64,000 nt of DNA from an uncultured bacterium (GCA_963834265.1 CAWIAU010000001.1:469523-533522); one strand, 5' to 3'; positions 29,121-38,588 are shown, counted from the first letter of the stretch. Notes: generated by a model not told the origin, from the letters alone. Numbers and translations: made by a program.

Positions 29121-30611
29121 ATGGAATTTCTTGATCCGATAAAAAAACGTCAGCGCTCTATCCGTCTCAACATCGGTCACTTACTTATGGCGGCTTTGGT
29201 TGTTATCGGTACCTATGTTCTGGTTCTGAGGGCTCAGGGCTATGATATAGATCGCAAGAGTGGCGAAGTTATACAAAATGCACTGGTTTTTGTTGACAGT
29301 GCTCCTGATGCGGCCACGATTAAAATAAATAACGAGCAATATAAAGACCTGACAAATACACGAATGGCTCTGCCGGACGGTAGCTATAAGTTAGAGCTTA
29401 ATAAAGCGGGTTATCGTGGCTGGCAAAGAGAATTTTCGGTAATTGGCGGTAGCGTGGAGCGATTTACTTATCCCGTGTTATTTCCCGAAAAGCTGGCGTC
29501 TGCAGAAGTGCAGACTTTTGACGGCGTGCCGACGATTGCTACAGAAAGCCCTGATCGCAAGTGGGTTTTGCTCGGACAACCCGGAACTACGGATACTTTT
29601 ACTCAGTATAATCTCGGGGCACTTACGAACCGTAAGCCCGCTGCTACATCATTCAAATTGCCTGCAGGCGTATTAACGGAGGCTGAGGGGGCACAGAGCT
29701 GGCAATTTGTTGAATGGTCCAGCGATAACCGGCATGTATTGCTCAGGCATATTTTCACGGGCGGACAAGAGTTCATTCTTGTCGATCGTGATGATCCAAC
29801 CCAGACAGTTAATATTAATCGTCAGCTTGCTCAGAACCCTACTACCATTACTCTGCGGGATAAAAGGTTTGATCAGCTATACCTGCATAATCAGGCCGAC
29901 CTGACTCTTAAAACTGCTGATTTGAAAACCCGTGTAGTCACACCCCTGTTAAATGGTGTATTAAGTTACAAATCACACGGTGGAGACAGGCTACTATACT
30001 CAACCGTTAGTCCTGCAGAGCAGGCCAAAGCAAGAATCTTCCTGAAAACCGGCAATGATACGTACGTGCTGCGTGATATACCTGTGTCAGCCAGTATGCC
30101 TCTGGAAATAGCACAATTCAACAATCACTGGTACATAGTAATCGGTAGCGACGCCGAGCAAAAAGTATACATATATAAAGATCCGCAGAATATTCTGAAA
30201 CTGCGTAATGACCAGAAGCCTGCGATTACTGCCATTTTTCGCATGGGAGGTCCTTTGCAGTCCTTGTCATTCTCTAATAACACTCGCATGATCATGGCTA
30301 ATAGCGGTCAGCATTTTAATATTTATGACATTGAGACAAAGCGTAGCTACGGATACAATATTACGGATCCACTTGACATCGGAAGCATTCCTCTCTGGAT
30401 GGATGGTCACCGTTTACTGATCCGCAGCGCAGGTAATGTAATCGTATTTGATTACGACGGTATTAATAAGCAGATATTAGTTCCTTCTGACCCTGCTATT
30501 CCCGTATTTTTTGACCGTGATTATGAAGCACTTTACAGTCTTAGCCCTTCTCTGTCTGCATCCGGCAAGCAGGTCTTCGGTCGCACCGAACTCCGCGTAC
30601 TGCCCAAATAG
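29121..30611 (+). CDS. PEGA-domain / beta-propeller membrane protein
   Basis: TM then GY....; VDSAPDAATIKIN..L..G.Y.LEL.K.GY..W PEGA pattern; SPD/WS propeller-like repeats. Confidence 0.75.
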   Translation: MEFLDPIKKRQRSIRLNIGHLLMAALVVIGTYVLVLRAQGYDIDRKSGEVIQNALVFVDSAPDAATIKINNEQYKDLTNTRMALPDGSYKLELNKAGYRGWQREFSVIGGSVERFTYPVLFPEKLASAEVQTFDGVPTIATESPDRKWVLLGQPGTTDTFTQYNLGALTNRKPAATSFKLPAGVLTEAEGAQSWQFVEWSSDNRHVLLRHIFTGGQEFILVDRDDPTQTVNINRQLAQNPTTITLRDKRFDQLYLHNQADLTLKTADLKTRVVTPLLNGVLSYKSHGGDRLLYSTVSPAEQAKARIFLKTGNDTYVLRDIPVSASMPLEIAQFNNHWYIVIGSDAEQKVYIYKDPQNILKLRNDQKPAITAIFRMGGPLQSLSFSNNTRMIMANSGQHFNIYDIETKRSYGYNITDPLDIGSIPLWMDGHRLLIRSAGNVIVFDYDGINKQILVPSDPAIPVFFDRDYEALYSLSPSLSASGKQVFGRTELRVLPK

Positions 30612-30650
30612 CCAGGATTATATTTTCGATTAATTTTTTTGATAAAAAAT

Positions 30651-30895
30651 AGTTCTTCCGACGAAGAACCAAGTCAATACTTTTGTCAGCAGCAACAAAA
30701 GTATCCAAAAACGCCGCAGACAGTTGCCAAAATCACGATAGAAAATCAGTCCAAATAGAGCGTGGCTCCGGAACTCCCTCCGGTCGACCCCACCTTATAT
30801 TTTTATAGAAAGGCGGGGCTAGTCCTCGCCAATGACTCGCTCTATTTGCCCGAATTTTCATCGGTTTTGCCAAATGCTGAAGTAATTCATGGATT
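30651..30895 (+). repeat. Structured intergenic element, type B
   Basis: Aligns with 4903-5151; ends ttttgccaaatgctga..tcatgga. Confidence 0.85.
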
Positions 30896-30956
30896 TTTTT
30901 TATCAATTTAAAAACATATCATTGATAATTTTACCTTAATATGATAATGTGATGAA

Positions 30957-31502
30957 ATGGTAATTCCGCTCGAGGCTCAGACCTTTGAAACATATGAAGC
31001 AAATACGGCATCGCAAAGAACGGCTCTTGGACTTTCGAGAGATATAGCTAATTTGGCTATTGAGCAATTTGCGTGTAGTGAGCCGACAAAACCTGCTGCA
31101 TTTTATTTTTCGGGCCCTGCGGGCGTTGGAAAGACACATCTACTTCATTCAATTGCAGCAGTTCTTATTGAAAATGAAATCCCGCATGCTAGATGGCAGA
31201 AAGACCTAGGACCTTCAGTAGCTGAACAGATTAAACATGTACAATTAATTGATGATTTTGATCCTACCTTACTTTATATATTTAATCGGGCTGTTGTTGA
31301 CTGTTACTATCCGAGAGGTCAGTTATTAGTTATTAACTCTAATGAACCATTAAAAGTTGTCAAAAATGGACTTAAAAGTATCGATGAACACGGACGTGCG
31401 GCTTCTCGTTTGTCAGAAATGATTAAAAGAGGTCAGGAAATCAAAATGACGGGGCCTGATCATCGACAAACAGGTAATTTCCCCAAAGCTATTCCAAAAT
31501 AA
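30957..31502 (+). CDS. P-loop ATPase (DnaA/IstB/ZapE-like) between an A/B repeat pair
   Basis: Walker A GPAGVGKTHLL, Walker B LIDD, INSN, SRL, GPDHR. Confidence 0.75.
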   Translation: MVIPLEAQTFETYEANTASQRTALGLSRDIANLAIEQFACSEPTKPAAFYFSGPAGVGKTHLLHSIAAVLIENEIPHARWQKDLGPSVAEQIKHVQLIDDFDPTLLYIFNRAVVDCYYPRGQLLVINSNEPLKVVKNGLKSIDEHGRAASRLSEMIKRGQEIKMTGPDHRQTGNFPKAIPK

Positions 31503-31511
31503 TAATGTGTT

Positions 31512-31765
31512 TGTCCATGGTTTGCCTCAGGCCCGAAAAGTTCCTGATTAGCGAGTGCCAAAAGTACAATTAGAGCGAAGCAGTGTCTAAGCCAATCTCT
31601 CATTGAAAGTAATTAAAAATTGGTGAGTTTGCTGAGCATTGTGCTTTTTGACAATAAGATCATAAAGAAGCTTTTCGAGCCTGTTGCTTCTTTGCCTACT
31701 TTCTGGTCAACACAAGAAAGTAGGTTGTGGTGACTTTTAAGTCGTCATGAATATGGATTTTATTA
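31512..31765 (-). repeat. Structured intergenic element, type A
   Basis: Strong similarity to 5200-5455 and to the reverse complement of 56251-56513. Confidence 0.9.
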
Positions 31766-31784
31766 AAAATAATTCTTTATGGGT

Positions 31785-32984
31785 TTAGAACCAGTTTTTT
31801 ATTTTTTGCCAGAGGCTGGGTGAATTACTGGGGAGAACCGTGGGCTGCTCGTTAGGATTAACGGTGCTTGCTGCATTTGCATTGGGGTCAGGAAATATCT
31901 GTTCTGCCTGGATGATCAGACGGTTGGTAGAAAGACCGGGAGGATCGCAGGTTATCAGTGTAACAATTGATGTCCGGTCTTTGGGAGGTCCCAGAACAGA
32001 TACATCGGAAGGATTGGTGACGTACTTATTGTAGATTTTGTATACGTACTGTTTGCTGTCTTTGTGAATTATAAATGTGTCACCGGTATCCAGACTTTTT
32101 AGCAGAAGAAAAGCAAATTTGTACTGTCCTTTATTAAGGATATTGCCGCTGGAGTGACCGAAGAGCACCGCATTTCCCTTTTCGCCGGGATTCGGTGTCG
32201 TGCCATAATGTACAACTCCCCTCTCCAGACCTTTTTGAACGGCTGATTCTTCGATAGACGGAACATCATAAACTACGGGCGCTTCGATATTGATTTTGGG
32301 AATAATAATTTTAGGCTCAGGACTAACAGGAGCGCTGTTGTTGGGATCAACAATTATCGGTGTAGCGCTGATTGCATGACCCGGACGTATGAATGGTGTT
32401 AGAAACCTTTCGTTGAAAAAGCTGAATAAAAGGATAAAAACAACCAGACTTCCCATGCTCAGTCCGAAAAACAATGCCCTGACATGATGATTTACCTTTC
32501 TTCTCTTACCCCGCTTTTGGACACGGGTCAAAAGTTCCTGCTTGATATCCGGTCTGCTGCGTCTCGATGCCCGGGCTCTGTGAGCAGGCGTTGTGGGTGC
32601 ATGGACTGGTTTGACATTTTGCTGGGGCGGAATGACTTTTGGTTCAGAAACTTTCTTCTCAGGCTGTTTGGTCCTTTGTTCGTGAGCAGTATAGAACTCC
32701 TGCCAGATCTCATGCTTCTCGTTATCCGGTAACTGCTGATAGTACTCGTGCCAGGCTATCTGTATTTCTGCCAGGCTACGTCCACTAAGGCTAAGATCCT
32801 GCATATATTTCTGATGTTTGGAAAGATGCAGGTTATCGCTATGGGGTAATTCAAGAATTTCTTCTTGTGCGTTAGGCTCGTCTTTATATAACGCGTCAAG
32901 TTTTCCGCGTATTAAATTAGCTGCCGATTCCTGTTGCAGCTTACTATCTACTGTAGGTGGTGTTGGATGAGCATGTGAGTCCAT
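31785..32984 (-). CDS. Sortase
   Basis: TM; PGEKGNAVLFGHS, TLITC and downstream R catalytic triad. Confidence 0.9.
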   Translation of the reverse strand: MDSHAHPTPPTVDSKLQQESAANLIRGKLDALYKDEPNAQEEILELPHSDNLHLSKHQKYMQDLSLSGRSLAEIQIAWHEYYQQLPDNEKHEIWQEFYTAHEQRTKQPEKKVSEPKVIPPQQNVKPVHAPTTPAHRARASRRSRPDIKQELLTRVQKRGKRRKVNHHVRALFFGLSMGSLVVFILLFSFFNERFLTPFIRPGHAISATPIIVDPNNSAPVSPEPKIIIPKINIEAPVVYDVPSIEESAVQKGLERGVVHYGTTPNPGEKGNAVLFGHSSGNILNKGQYKFAFLLLKSLDTGDTFIIHKDSKQYVYKIYNKYVTNPSDVSVLGPPKDRTSIVTLITCDPPGLSTNRLIIQAEQIFPDPNANAASTVNPNEQPTVLPSNSPSLWQKIKNWF

Positions 32985-33129
32985 TGCAAATTACATCAAA
33001 GACGCGTTCTGGCGTCTAATAAGCAATTATAGTACAATTCAAAGCGTTATCATATCTGTTGAAGCATTTGCCGCGGTGGTAGAACCAAGTGCGGAGCACG
33101 TTAAATTATTGATGCATATTTCCCTTTGT

Positions 33130-33214
33130 GCCGCGGTGGCGGAATTGGTATACGCGCACGACTCAAAATCGTGTTCCTAACGGATTGAGAGTTCAAGTCT
33201 CTCCCGCGGCACCA
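33130..33214 (+). tRNA. tRNA-Leu (CAA)
   Basis: Acceptor gccgcgg/ccgcggc; anticodon arm cacga-ctCAAaa-tcgtg; long variable arm; CCA. Confidence 0.95.
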
Positions 33215-33268
33215 AAGGCAAAGATGCGGCCGGACTTTAGAATCCTGTGAGAGCAATACCCGCGCCCG

Positions 33269-33292
33269 GTTCAGGTCTCTCCCGCGGCACCA
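33269..33292 (+). repeat. Duplicate of the tRNA-Leu 3' end
   Basis: gttcaggtctctcccgcggcacca vs gttcaagtctctcccgcggcacca (23/24). Confidence 0.85.
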
Positions 33293-33308
33293 CAATATTT
33301 CAAATGGC

Positions 33309-34079
33309 TTATCTAACCAGGCTGGTGGTCAGGGCTTCGAATATTTTCCCGGGATTTTGCATGGTCCAGACAGCTGCTTTTACAGCCAGAATCGTTTGAT
33401 TGCTTTCATCAGGTGATGTACCTGATACCTGCCCGGCGGAGCTTACCCACGTAAAGCCCCCATGCTCAGTAACTAATGAACCTTTTTTACCGGATGTAAT
33501 TTTATGTAGTATTTCGCTTAGTCGGATCGCTCCTGTTTCAGAAGTTATAGCTGTTGTCAGTTCCAGTTCAGTGCCTAGTTTCTGCAACCTTTTTGCGCCA
33601 AGTATTATATTGACCGGTCTTTGAAGCAGTTGTTCAGCGGGGACATTTGTGCTGGCCAGAGCAGATTCAGCAATGGTCACGGGCGCCATACATCGCAGCA
33701 GATAACCGTCAATAACAGTAGTAGTCTCGCTGCTTCTGCCCAGATCTCCGGCCAAGAGTACATGATCTGCCCATTCACTGGCCTCAAAAAAGTTGCTGAG
33801 CGCAGTCTTAGCGAAGCTTCCGCTGCTATTGCCAGGAGCATACTCGATATTTGGTAACATCTTCGTTACCTTGCGCGTGCTCTCAGGCATAATGACCCGA
33901 ACCGTCCCTGCTCCGGCTTTTTCAGCTGCAGCATATGCAGCGGCAACATGCGAGAATTCCTGTGCCTGCCCGCCGATGATTAACAACTTTCCCGCCCCGT
34001 TCTTATTCTGTGGCCGGCTCCAGATCAAATCCGGAAACAAGGGTTTATCAGGATCCTGTCTCTGCCAATAATTACTCAT
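33309..34079 (-). CDS. Carbohydrate-kinase / NnrD (YjeF C-terminal)-like protein
   Basis: K..AGKLLIIGG..A..AA.KAGAG.V pattern; divergent C-terminus. Confidence 0.65.
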   Translation of the reverse strand: MSNYWQRQDPDKPLFPDLIWSRPQNKNGAGKLLIIGGQAQEFSHVAAAYAAAEKAGAGTVRVIMPESTRKVTKMLPNIEYAPGNSSGSFAKTALSNFFEASEWADHVLLAGDLGRSSETTTVIDGYLLRCMAPVTIAESALASTNVPAEQLLQRPVNIILGAKRLQKLGTELELTTAITSETGAIRLSEILHKITSGKKGSLVTEHGGFTWVSSAGQVSGTSPDESNQTILAVKAAVWTMQNPGKIFEALTTSLVR

Positions 34080-34708
34080 GATTTTTGAGTTGTAATTTTA
34101 TTATGGGAATTATCAATAACTAAAGACTGATTATCCTTAAGTTCTATGAGAGTCTGGTTGCTTTTGTGCAGATCGCGGGTTTTTTGGATAGCTTCCTGGA
34201 AGTTTTGATTGTCGGCGTGTGGGATGATGAAGTGCGGGGTCAGGTTGAGGGTTTCCCATACTATTTCTTCGGCAAATTCTGGCGGATCGGCGAATTCTAT
34301 ACCTTTTAAGCTATTGCCGGCCATTATCGCTCCGGCACTTTCGCCGCCGTAGACTACCCCACTCTCCAACACTTCTTTGATAATCTGACTAAATCCGCTG
34401 CGCTGCATCTCATAGCTCAGACAAAAGGTGTTGCCGCCCATTACCCAGATTAATTCATAACTCTGCAAAGTATTCTTCAGAGTGTTCATATCGTTATGGT
34501 TCCGTAAATCCACTGTCTCAATTTGATTAAATCTCAGACTTTTCAGATATAAACTAACGTCATTGATCTTTATGTTGCGTGCCCGCCCGACGTAGTAATC
34601 CTGAGCATTCGGAATTATTGCTACTTTCGTCTCATTTGGTATTTGACCAAGTAGCCTGATCAGATCATTCGGCGTTGGTATACGATAAGACGACAGGTAA
34701 AGTTTCAC
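34076..34708 (-). CDS. Peptidase E (S51) family
   Basis: IWVMGGNT, GESAGA, IIPH motifs. Confidence 0.88.
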   Translation of the reverse strand: MKLYLSSYRIPTPNDLIRLLGQIPNETKVAIIPNAQDYYVGRARNIKINDVSLYLKSLRFNQIETVDLRNHNDMNTLKNTLQSYELIWVMGGNTFCLSYEMQRSGFSQIIKEVLESGVVYGGESAGAIMAGNSLKGIEFADPPEFAEEIVWETLNLTPHFIIPHADNQNFQEAIQKTRDLHKSNQTLIELKDNQSLVIDNSHNKITTQKS

Positions 34709-35817
34709 AATCGTTCCAAAAATCTGCAGAGTACGCCGTAGTAAGTTTGCAGACCAGCCATTTCAACGCATTCATCGTCGCAATGAGGATTTTTGCACAG
34801 CGGGCCAAAGGTGATTCCATCTATACCCTTTTGAGTATAGAAGCGCACATCTGAAGCACCGTGCTTTTTTACGAAACGAGCTGGTTTTTTGGTTGTATCT
34901 GCGAGCACATCTGCCAGTAACTGAACATGATGATTATCCTCAGGAACCAGGTGTTCAGACTCCAGATGGATTACATTTACCTCCAAAGTTTCATCAGCGA
35001 TATCATTAAGAGACCCCAAAATTGTATCAGCATTTTGACTGAAAAAAGGATCGCCTGATACAAAACGAAAATCCACCTGGGCCGAAGCTTTATCAGCCAG
35101 AGCATTAATAGCAGTGTTAGGAGTACTGAGGACAGCAATGTTAAGCGTTGTTTCCCATGTTTCCTGATCGCGTATCGGGTAAGCCTTGCGCAAATTAGTC
35201 AGCGCGTGAAGCAACACATCAATAGCACTTGTTCCCTGCCACTGGTAGGCACCGTGAGCTGTTTTGCCATTAGTGGTCAACTCCAGCATGCAGACACCTT
35301 TGGATTCGGTATTGATCTCCATATCAGTGTGTTCGCCGATTATTACAAACTCAGCCTTTAATCCCTGTTGCATCTGATAGCCTGTCCCGTCATTTCCACC
35401 TAATTCCTCGTCAGTAACCAGCTGGAGGCCTACAGGAGAATTTATTTTTTCAGCCATATCGATAAGAGCGAGAGTCATAACCAGGGCGGCCGATTTCATG
35501 TCGCAGGCACCCCTGGCGTATAATTTGCCACCCTTTTTGTAAGGCTTGAACTGTTCAGGTTTAGCTGGTACTACGTCCAGATGCGCATTGAATAGCACTT
35601 CAAATTTGTCCGGTCGGTCAGGTCCAAAATAAATCAGAGCACTTGGTTTGCCGTTTGATTCGAACTTTTCGATAGTAAACTGTGGCGGTAAGAGTTTAAG
35701 GAGAAATTCCAGCGCCTCTACTAGCTTCTCCGGTTTATCAGCAACGGATTCAATAGTTAGCAGATCAATCAGGATCTCTTCATAATCGCTGCGCATTGTG
35801 TTTTGTGAGGATAGCAT
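34705..35817 (-). CDS. M20 family metallopeptidase/deacylase
   Basis: HLDVVP, RGACDMK, DEELGG, GE, HCDDE. Confidence 0.9.
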   Translation of the reverse strand: MLSSQNTMRSDYEEILIDLLTIESVADKPEKLVEALEFLLKLLPPQFTIEKFESNGKPSALIYFGPDRPDKFEVLFNAHLDVVPAKPEQFKPYKKGGKLYARGACDMKSAALVMTLALIDMAEKINSPVGLQLVTDEELGGNDGTGYQMQQGLKAEFVIIGEHTDMEINTESKGVCMLELTTNGKTAHGAYQWQGTSAIDVLLHALTNLRKAYPIRDQETWETTLNIAVLSTPNTAINALADKASAQVDFRFVSGDPFFSQNADTILGSLNDIADETLEVNVIHLESEHLVPEDNHHVQLLADVLADTTKKPARFVKKHGASDVRFYTQKGIDGITFGPLCKNPHCDDECVEMAGLQTYYGVLCRFLERL

Positions 35818-35879
35818 ATATCCTCCAGTGTACCGATTTTATGTCAAAAATAACAGTTGGTGGAAGTCTTCATTTCAAT

Positions 35880-37004
35880 TTAAAGTAGTTGTAATGTTCT
35901 TTTAATTACTGTACTAAGTTCTACCCGGCCTCTTTTATCAAGAATATAATTAGGATCGGTTCTTCCTTTAGTCGGACTTGCTTCCCCGAGTAAGCCTGCT
36001 AATTGCTCAGGATTTTTAATTTCACCGCTTTCGATTGCATCATGGAATAATCGTAGTACCTCGACAAGCCTATTTGAATCTTTAGGATCGATAGCAAGCA
36101 TTTTGGGCACGTCGTGCGATCCGTCTAAGAGTACTGCGCTGCCCATAGAGGCTCCTACGATACACATACTCGATAAATGATTGATTGATGCTACTCTGCG
36201 TTCTTCGGGCTCCATTTCTTCCGGAAGCGAATGTCCGCGGGCGATAATTGCTATTTGCTTGTTTCCTTCTCCTACCGGTAGCAAGCCTGTAGCTATACCA
36301 GGAAATGTACCCCGGCTGGCAACAGTGCCAATATTAACACCGGAATTTTCATTTTCTGCGCTGTTTGCCCGTATGGCAATAATTGCATTTTTTACGGTTT
36401 TTGGACTGCCATCACTACTATTCTTTACAGCCGAAGGCAAACCATTATAAGCGGCAAAAAGTCCCCTTATAGCTGTAGATTGCATATCTCTTGTTCCGGT
36501 CCATGGTCCGGTTAAATAAGGAGCGATCTCTCCCAGCTGTGTACATTGTGTGATTTCGCTAAGGATCGGTATTCCTCTGTTGAATGCCTCATGTAAAATT
36601 TCGCTTAGACGCTCCCTTTCTCCAGGATCCAGGCTATGTATCATACCTGTCCAACCTTTATTTGTCCGTGGTTTGCCGCCATTAATACGTGCAGCCATCA
36701 CATCATCAGGATGGGCTTCCTGTTCTTCTTCAATAAAATCAAACAGAGGACCATAGTCTGTTTTGGAGTCAGCCGAACATCCTCCGACTACTATTAATTT
36801 GCCTGGTGATTCGCGAGTATAAATTTTACCTACTCTTGAACGATTTTCATCCCGCATTCTGACCGCATCAGGATCAAGCCTTTCGACTATATCTCCAATG
36901 CGCTCCTCTCCCCCGTAAGCATCCATGACTCCGGCCAGATGCTGCGATGCCTGTTCATCGAGTCCCCAATGTTGTTGCAATGCTTCCTGAACCTCTGCTG
37001 ACAT
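35880..37004 (-). CDS. Divergent class I DAHP synthase-like enzyme
   Basis: IVVGGCS, KPRT..GW.G, GTR, KN..DG, IIARG, DGSH motifs in the order seen in AroF/G/H. Confidence 0.75.
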   Translation of the reverse strand: MSAEVQEALQQHWGLDEQASQHLAGVMDAYGGEERIGDIVERLDPDAVRMRDENRSRVGKIYTRESPGKLIVVGGCSADSKTDYGPLFDFIEEEQEAHPDDVMAARINGGKPRTNKGWTGMIHSLDPGERERLSEILHEAFNRGIPILSEITQCTQLGEIAPYLTGPWTGTRDMQSTAIRGLFAAYNGLPSAVKNSSDGSPKTVKNAIIAIRANSAENENSGVNIGTVASRGTFPGIATGLLPVGEGNKQIAIIARGHSLPEEMEPEERRVASINHLSSMCIVGASMGSAVLLDGSHDVPKMLAIDPKDSNRLVEVLRLFHDAIESGEIKNPEQLAGLLGEASPTKGRTDPNYILDKRGRVELSTVIKRTLQLL

Positions 37005-37030
37005 AATTTACTAACACTTCCTTTACACAT

Positions 37031-37058
37031 AAAAAATCGCCTTCTTGCTAAAGGCGAT
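37031..37058 (-). terminator. Attenuator terminator upstream of the DAHP synthase-like gene
   Basis: atcgcctt/aaggcgat stem plus U-tract on the minus strand. Confidence 0.8.
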
Positions 37059-37102
37059 CTGGTTTTGTTCTCTTAAATTTTAGTAAATAATAAACCAACC
37101 GC

Positions 37103-37156
37103 CTATTGGGCAAAAAACGGGTTGGTAAACCAATATCGGGTATTACTTACGATCAC
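37103..37156 (-). CDS. Aromatic-rich leader peptide (M)IVSNTRYWFTNPFFAQ
   Basis: GTG 8 nt after TG-n-TAGAAT; Tyr, Trp and three Phe; 3' end overlaps a sequence complementary to the terminator 5' arm. Confidence 0.75.
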   Translation of the reverse strand: MIVSNTRYWFTNPFFAQ

Positions 37157-37188
37157 AATTACATATTCTAGCAGCAGGAGCAGATCTG

Positions 37189-37677
37189 TCAAATTTTTTC
37201 TGCTCCTCCGAGAGCAACTCCTCCTAATTTATCGGTTTGAGCGCTGTCGTTTCCATGCATTGATAATGTTGCTTCAAACCAGTCCAAAAAAAGTTTTGTA
37301 TTATTTTCATCTTCCAGAACTTGTTCTCCGCAGCTAATAAGTTCTGCTACTGCCTCTTCGGGATTAGCAGCGGATAAGCCGTATCCGGACTCTCCGTGAT
37401 GCGGATAGCGAACAAAAATATAACGTCCCTCCGGGGTTTGCCGTGACATAAGCCCTTTTCTCCATAGACCTGCAATTATCAAAGCCGGTTTTTGGGGATC
37501 ATCCCTGGCAGTTATTAAAGAAGCGTGCAGGGAATCACGGAACTCGTCTCGTTTCGCGGGGGGCTCATGTTGATAATACCGATGGGTTGCAGCTTGGATA
37601 ACTTCATCTGCCACACTTTCGGGCACCAGAACTGTCAGTTGCTCTGAAACCATTGCATGCTCCGGACTTGTGCTCAT
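37189..37677 (-). CDS. Hypothetical protein
   Basis: 162 aa; ATGA overlap with the RidA gene. Confidence 0.6.
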   Translation of the reverse strand: MSTSPEHAMVSEQLTVLVPESVADEVIQAATHRYYQHEPPAKRDEFRDSLHASLITARDDPQKPALIIAGLWRKGLMSRQTPEGRYIFVRYPHHGESGYGLSAANPEEAVAELISCGEQVLEDENNTKLFLDWFEATLSMHGNDSAQTDKLGGVALGGAEKI

Positions 37678-38036
37678 ACGGCTTTGTAAGCTACAGCTTC
37701 TATTTCAATAAGTATTTTGTTGTCCCCAATCCGGGGGAAGCCGCTGACTTCTACGCAGGAGCGAGCTGGCGGTATACCGGTGAAATAATTCACGTAGATT
37801 TCATTCACTGCCGCATAATCGTCCATATTATTGAGGAAAACTGTTGTTTTGACTATATTACCAAGAGACAGATTCGCCGATTTCAGCACTGCTTCAAGAT
37901 TTTTCAGAGTCTGATGAGTCTGGTCATGGATGGAAATTTTTGCCTGCTTTGTCTCCGGATCAATACCAGTTTGTCCGGACATAAAATATAAATCTCCGGC
38001 TTGACGCACCGGTGTAAGTATGCCGAAAGGACTCAT
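37674..38036 (-). CDS. RidA/YjgF family imine deaminase
   Basis: SGQ, VKTTVFL..M.D...VN..Y, PPARSCVEV..P, IEIEAVA. Confidence 0.92.
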   Translation of the reverse strand: MSPFGILTPVRQAGDLYFMSGQTGIDPETKQAKISIHDQTHQTLKNLEAVLKSANLSLGNIVKTTVFLNNMDDYAAVNEIYVNYFTGIPPARSCVEVSGFPRIGDNKILIEIEAVAYKAV

Positions 38037-38275
38037 GAGACCATCTCTGCTTCCGGTAATGCATCGTAAGCAGTTACGCTCTCAATTGCTATGCATCCTG
38101 CAACCTCGATGACAGGATTTCTGTGATCGACCTGACTTCGGGGGTCAAGTGATCCGTTTTCATACAGATACCTTTGTACCCCGCTTTGATCCTGAGTAGT
38201 GATGGCTTCGCCTTCCGGTCCCCGCGCCAGACGTCTAATCTCTGCGTAACCTGCTTGAATATTTGAATCTGACAT
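38033..38275 (-). CDS. Small hypothetical protein
   Basis: 80 aa, AAGGA RBS, ATGA overlap with RidA. Confidence 0.6.
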   Translation of the reverse strand: MSDSNIQAGYAEIRRLARGPEGEAITTQDQSGVQRYLYENGSLDPRSQVDHRNPVIEVAGCIAIESVTAYDALPEAEMVS

Positions 38276-38300
38276 ATAGTCCTTTCGTAAGCACTTATAG

Positions 38301-38498
38301 TTATTGTGCTTTTAGCTGTGGTAAGTTCGTTACTGCGCATATACCATCTACAGTTGTCGCAGCTACCGGACCGATTGCTAAGTCCGGTCCCGGTCCATCT
38401 GATCGCAATTCAGCTAAAAGATCATCCAAATCAGGACCGGTAACCCCGTAAAGCTCCTCAGGGCTTCTTCCGTCTCGTACGTATTCTCCGCCTATCAT
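38301..38498 (-). CDS. Small hypothetical protein, first gene after the attenuator
   Basis: 65 aa, AAAGGA RBS. Confidence 0.55.
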   Translation of the reverse strand: MIGGEYVRDGRSPEELYGVTGPDLDDLLAELRSDGPGPDLAIGPVAATTVDGICAVTNLPQLKAQ

Positions 38499-38521
38499 TT
38501 TTTATCCTTTCTTTAAACATT

Positions 38522-38550
38522 AAAAAACTCCCGCTTTTTGGAGCGGGAGC
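38522..38550 (-). terminator. Attenuator terminator
   Basis: gctcccgct/agcgggagt stem plus U-tract on the minus strand. Confidence 0.82.
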
Positions 38551-38588
38551 TTATTTATGTTCGTTTGTTATTTTACGTATATAAAAAG

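Noticed and set aside
33101-33295. 64 aa minus-strand ORF with a repeated WCRGRDLN
   Set aside because: It is the antisense translation of tRNA-Leu and its duplicated 3' end.
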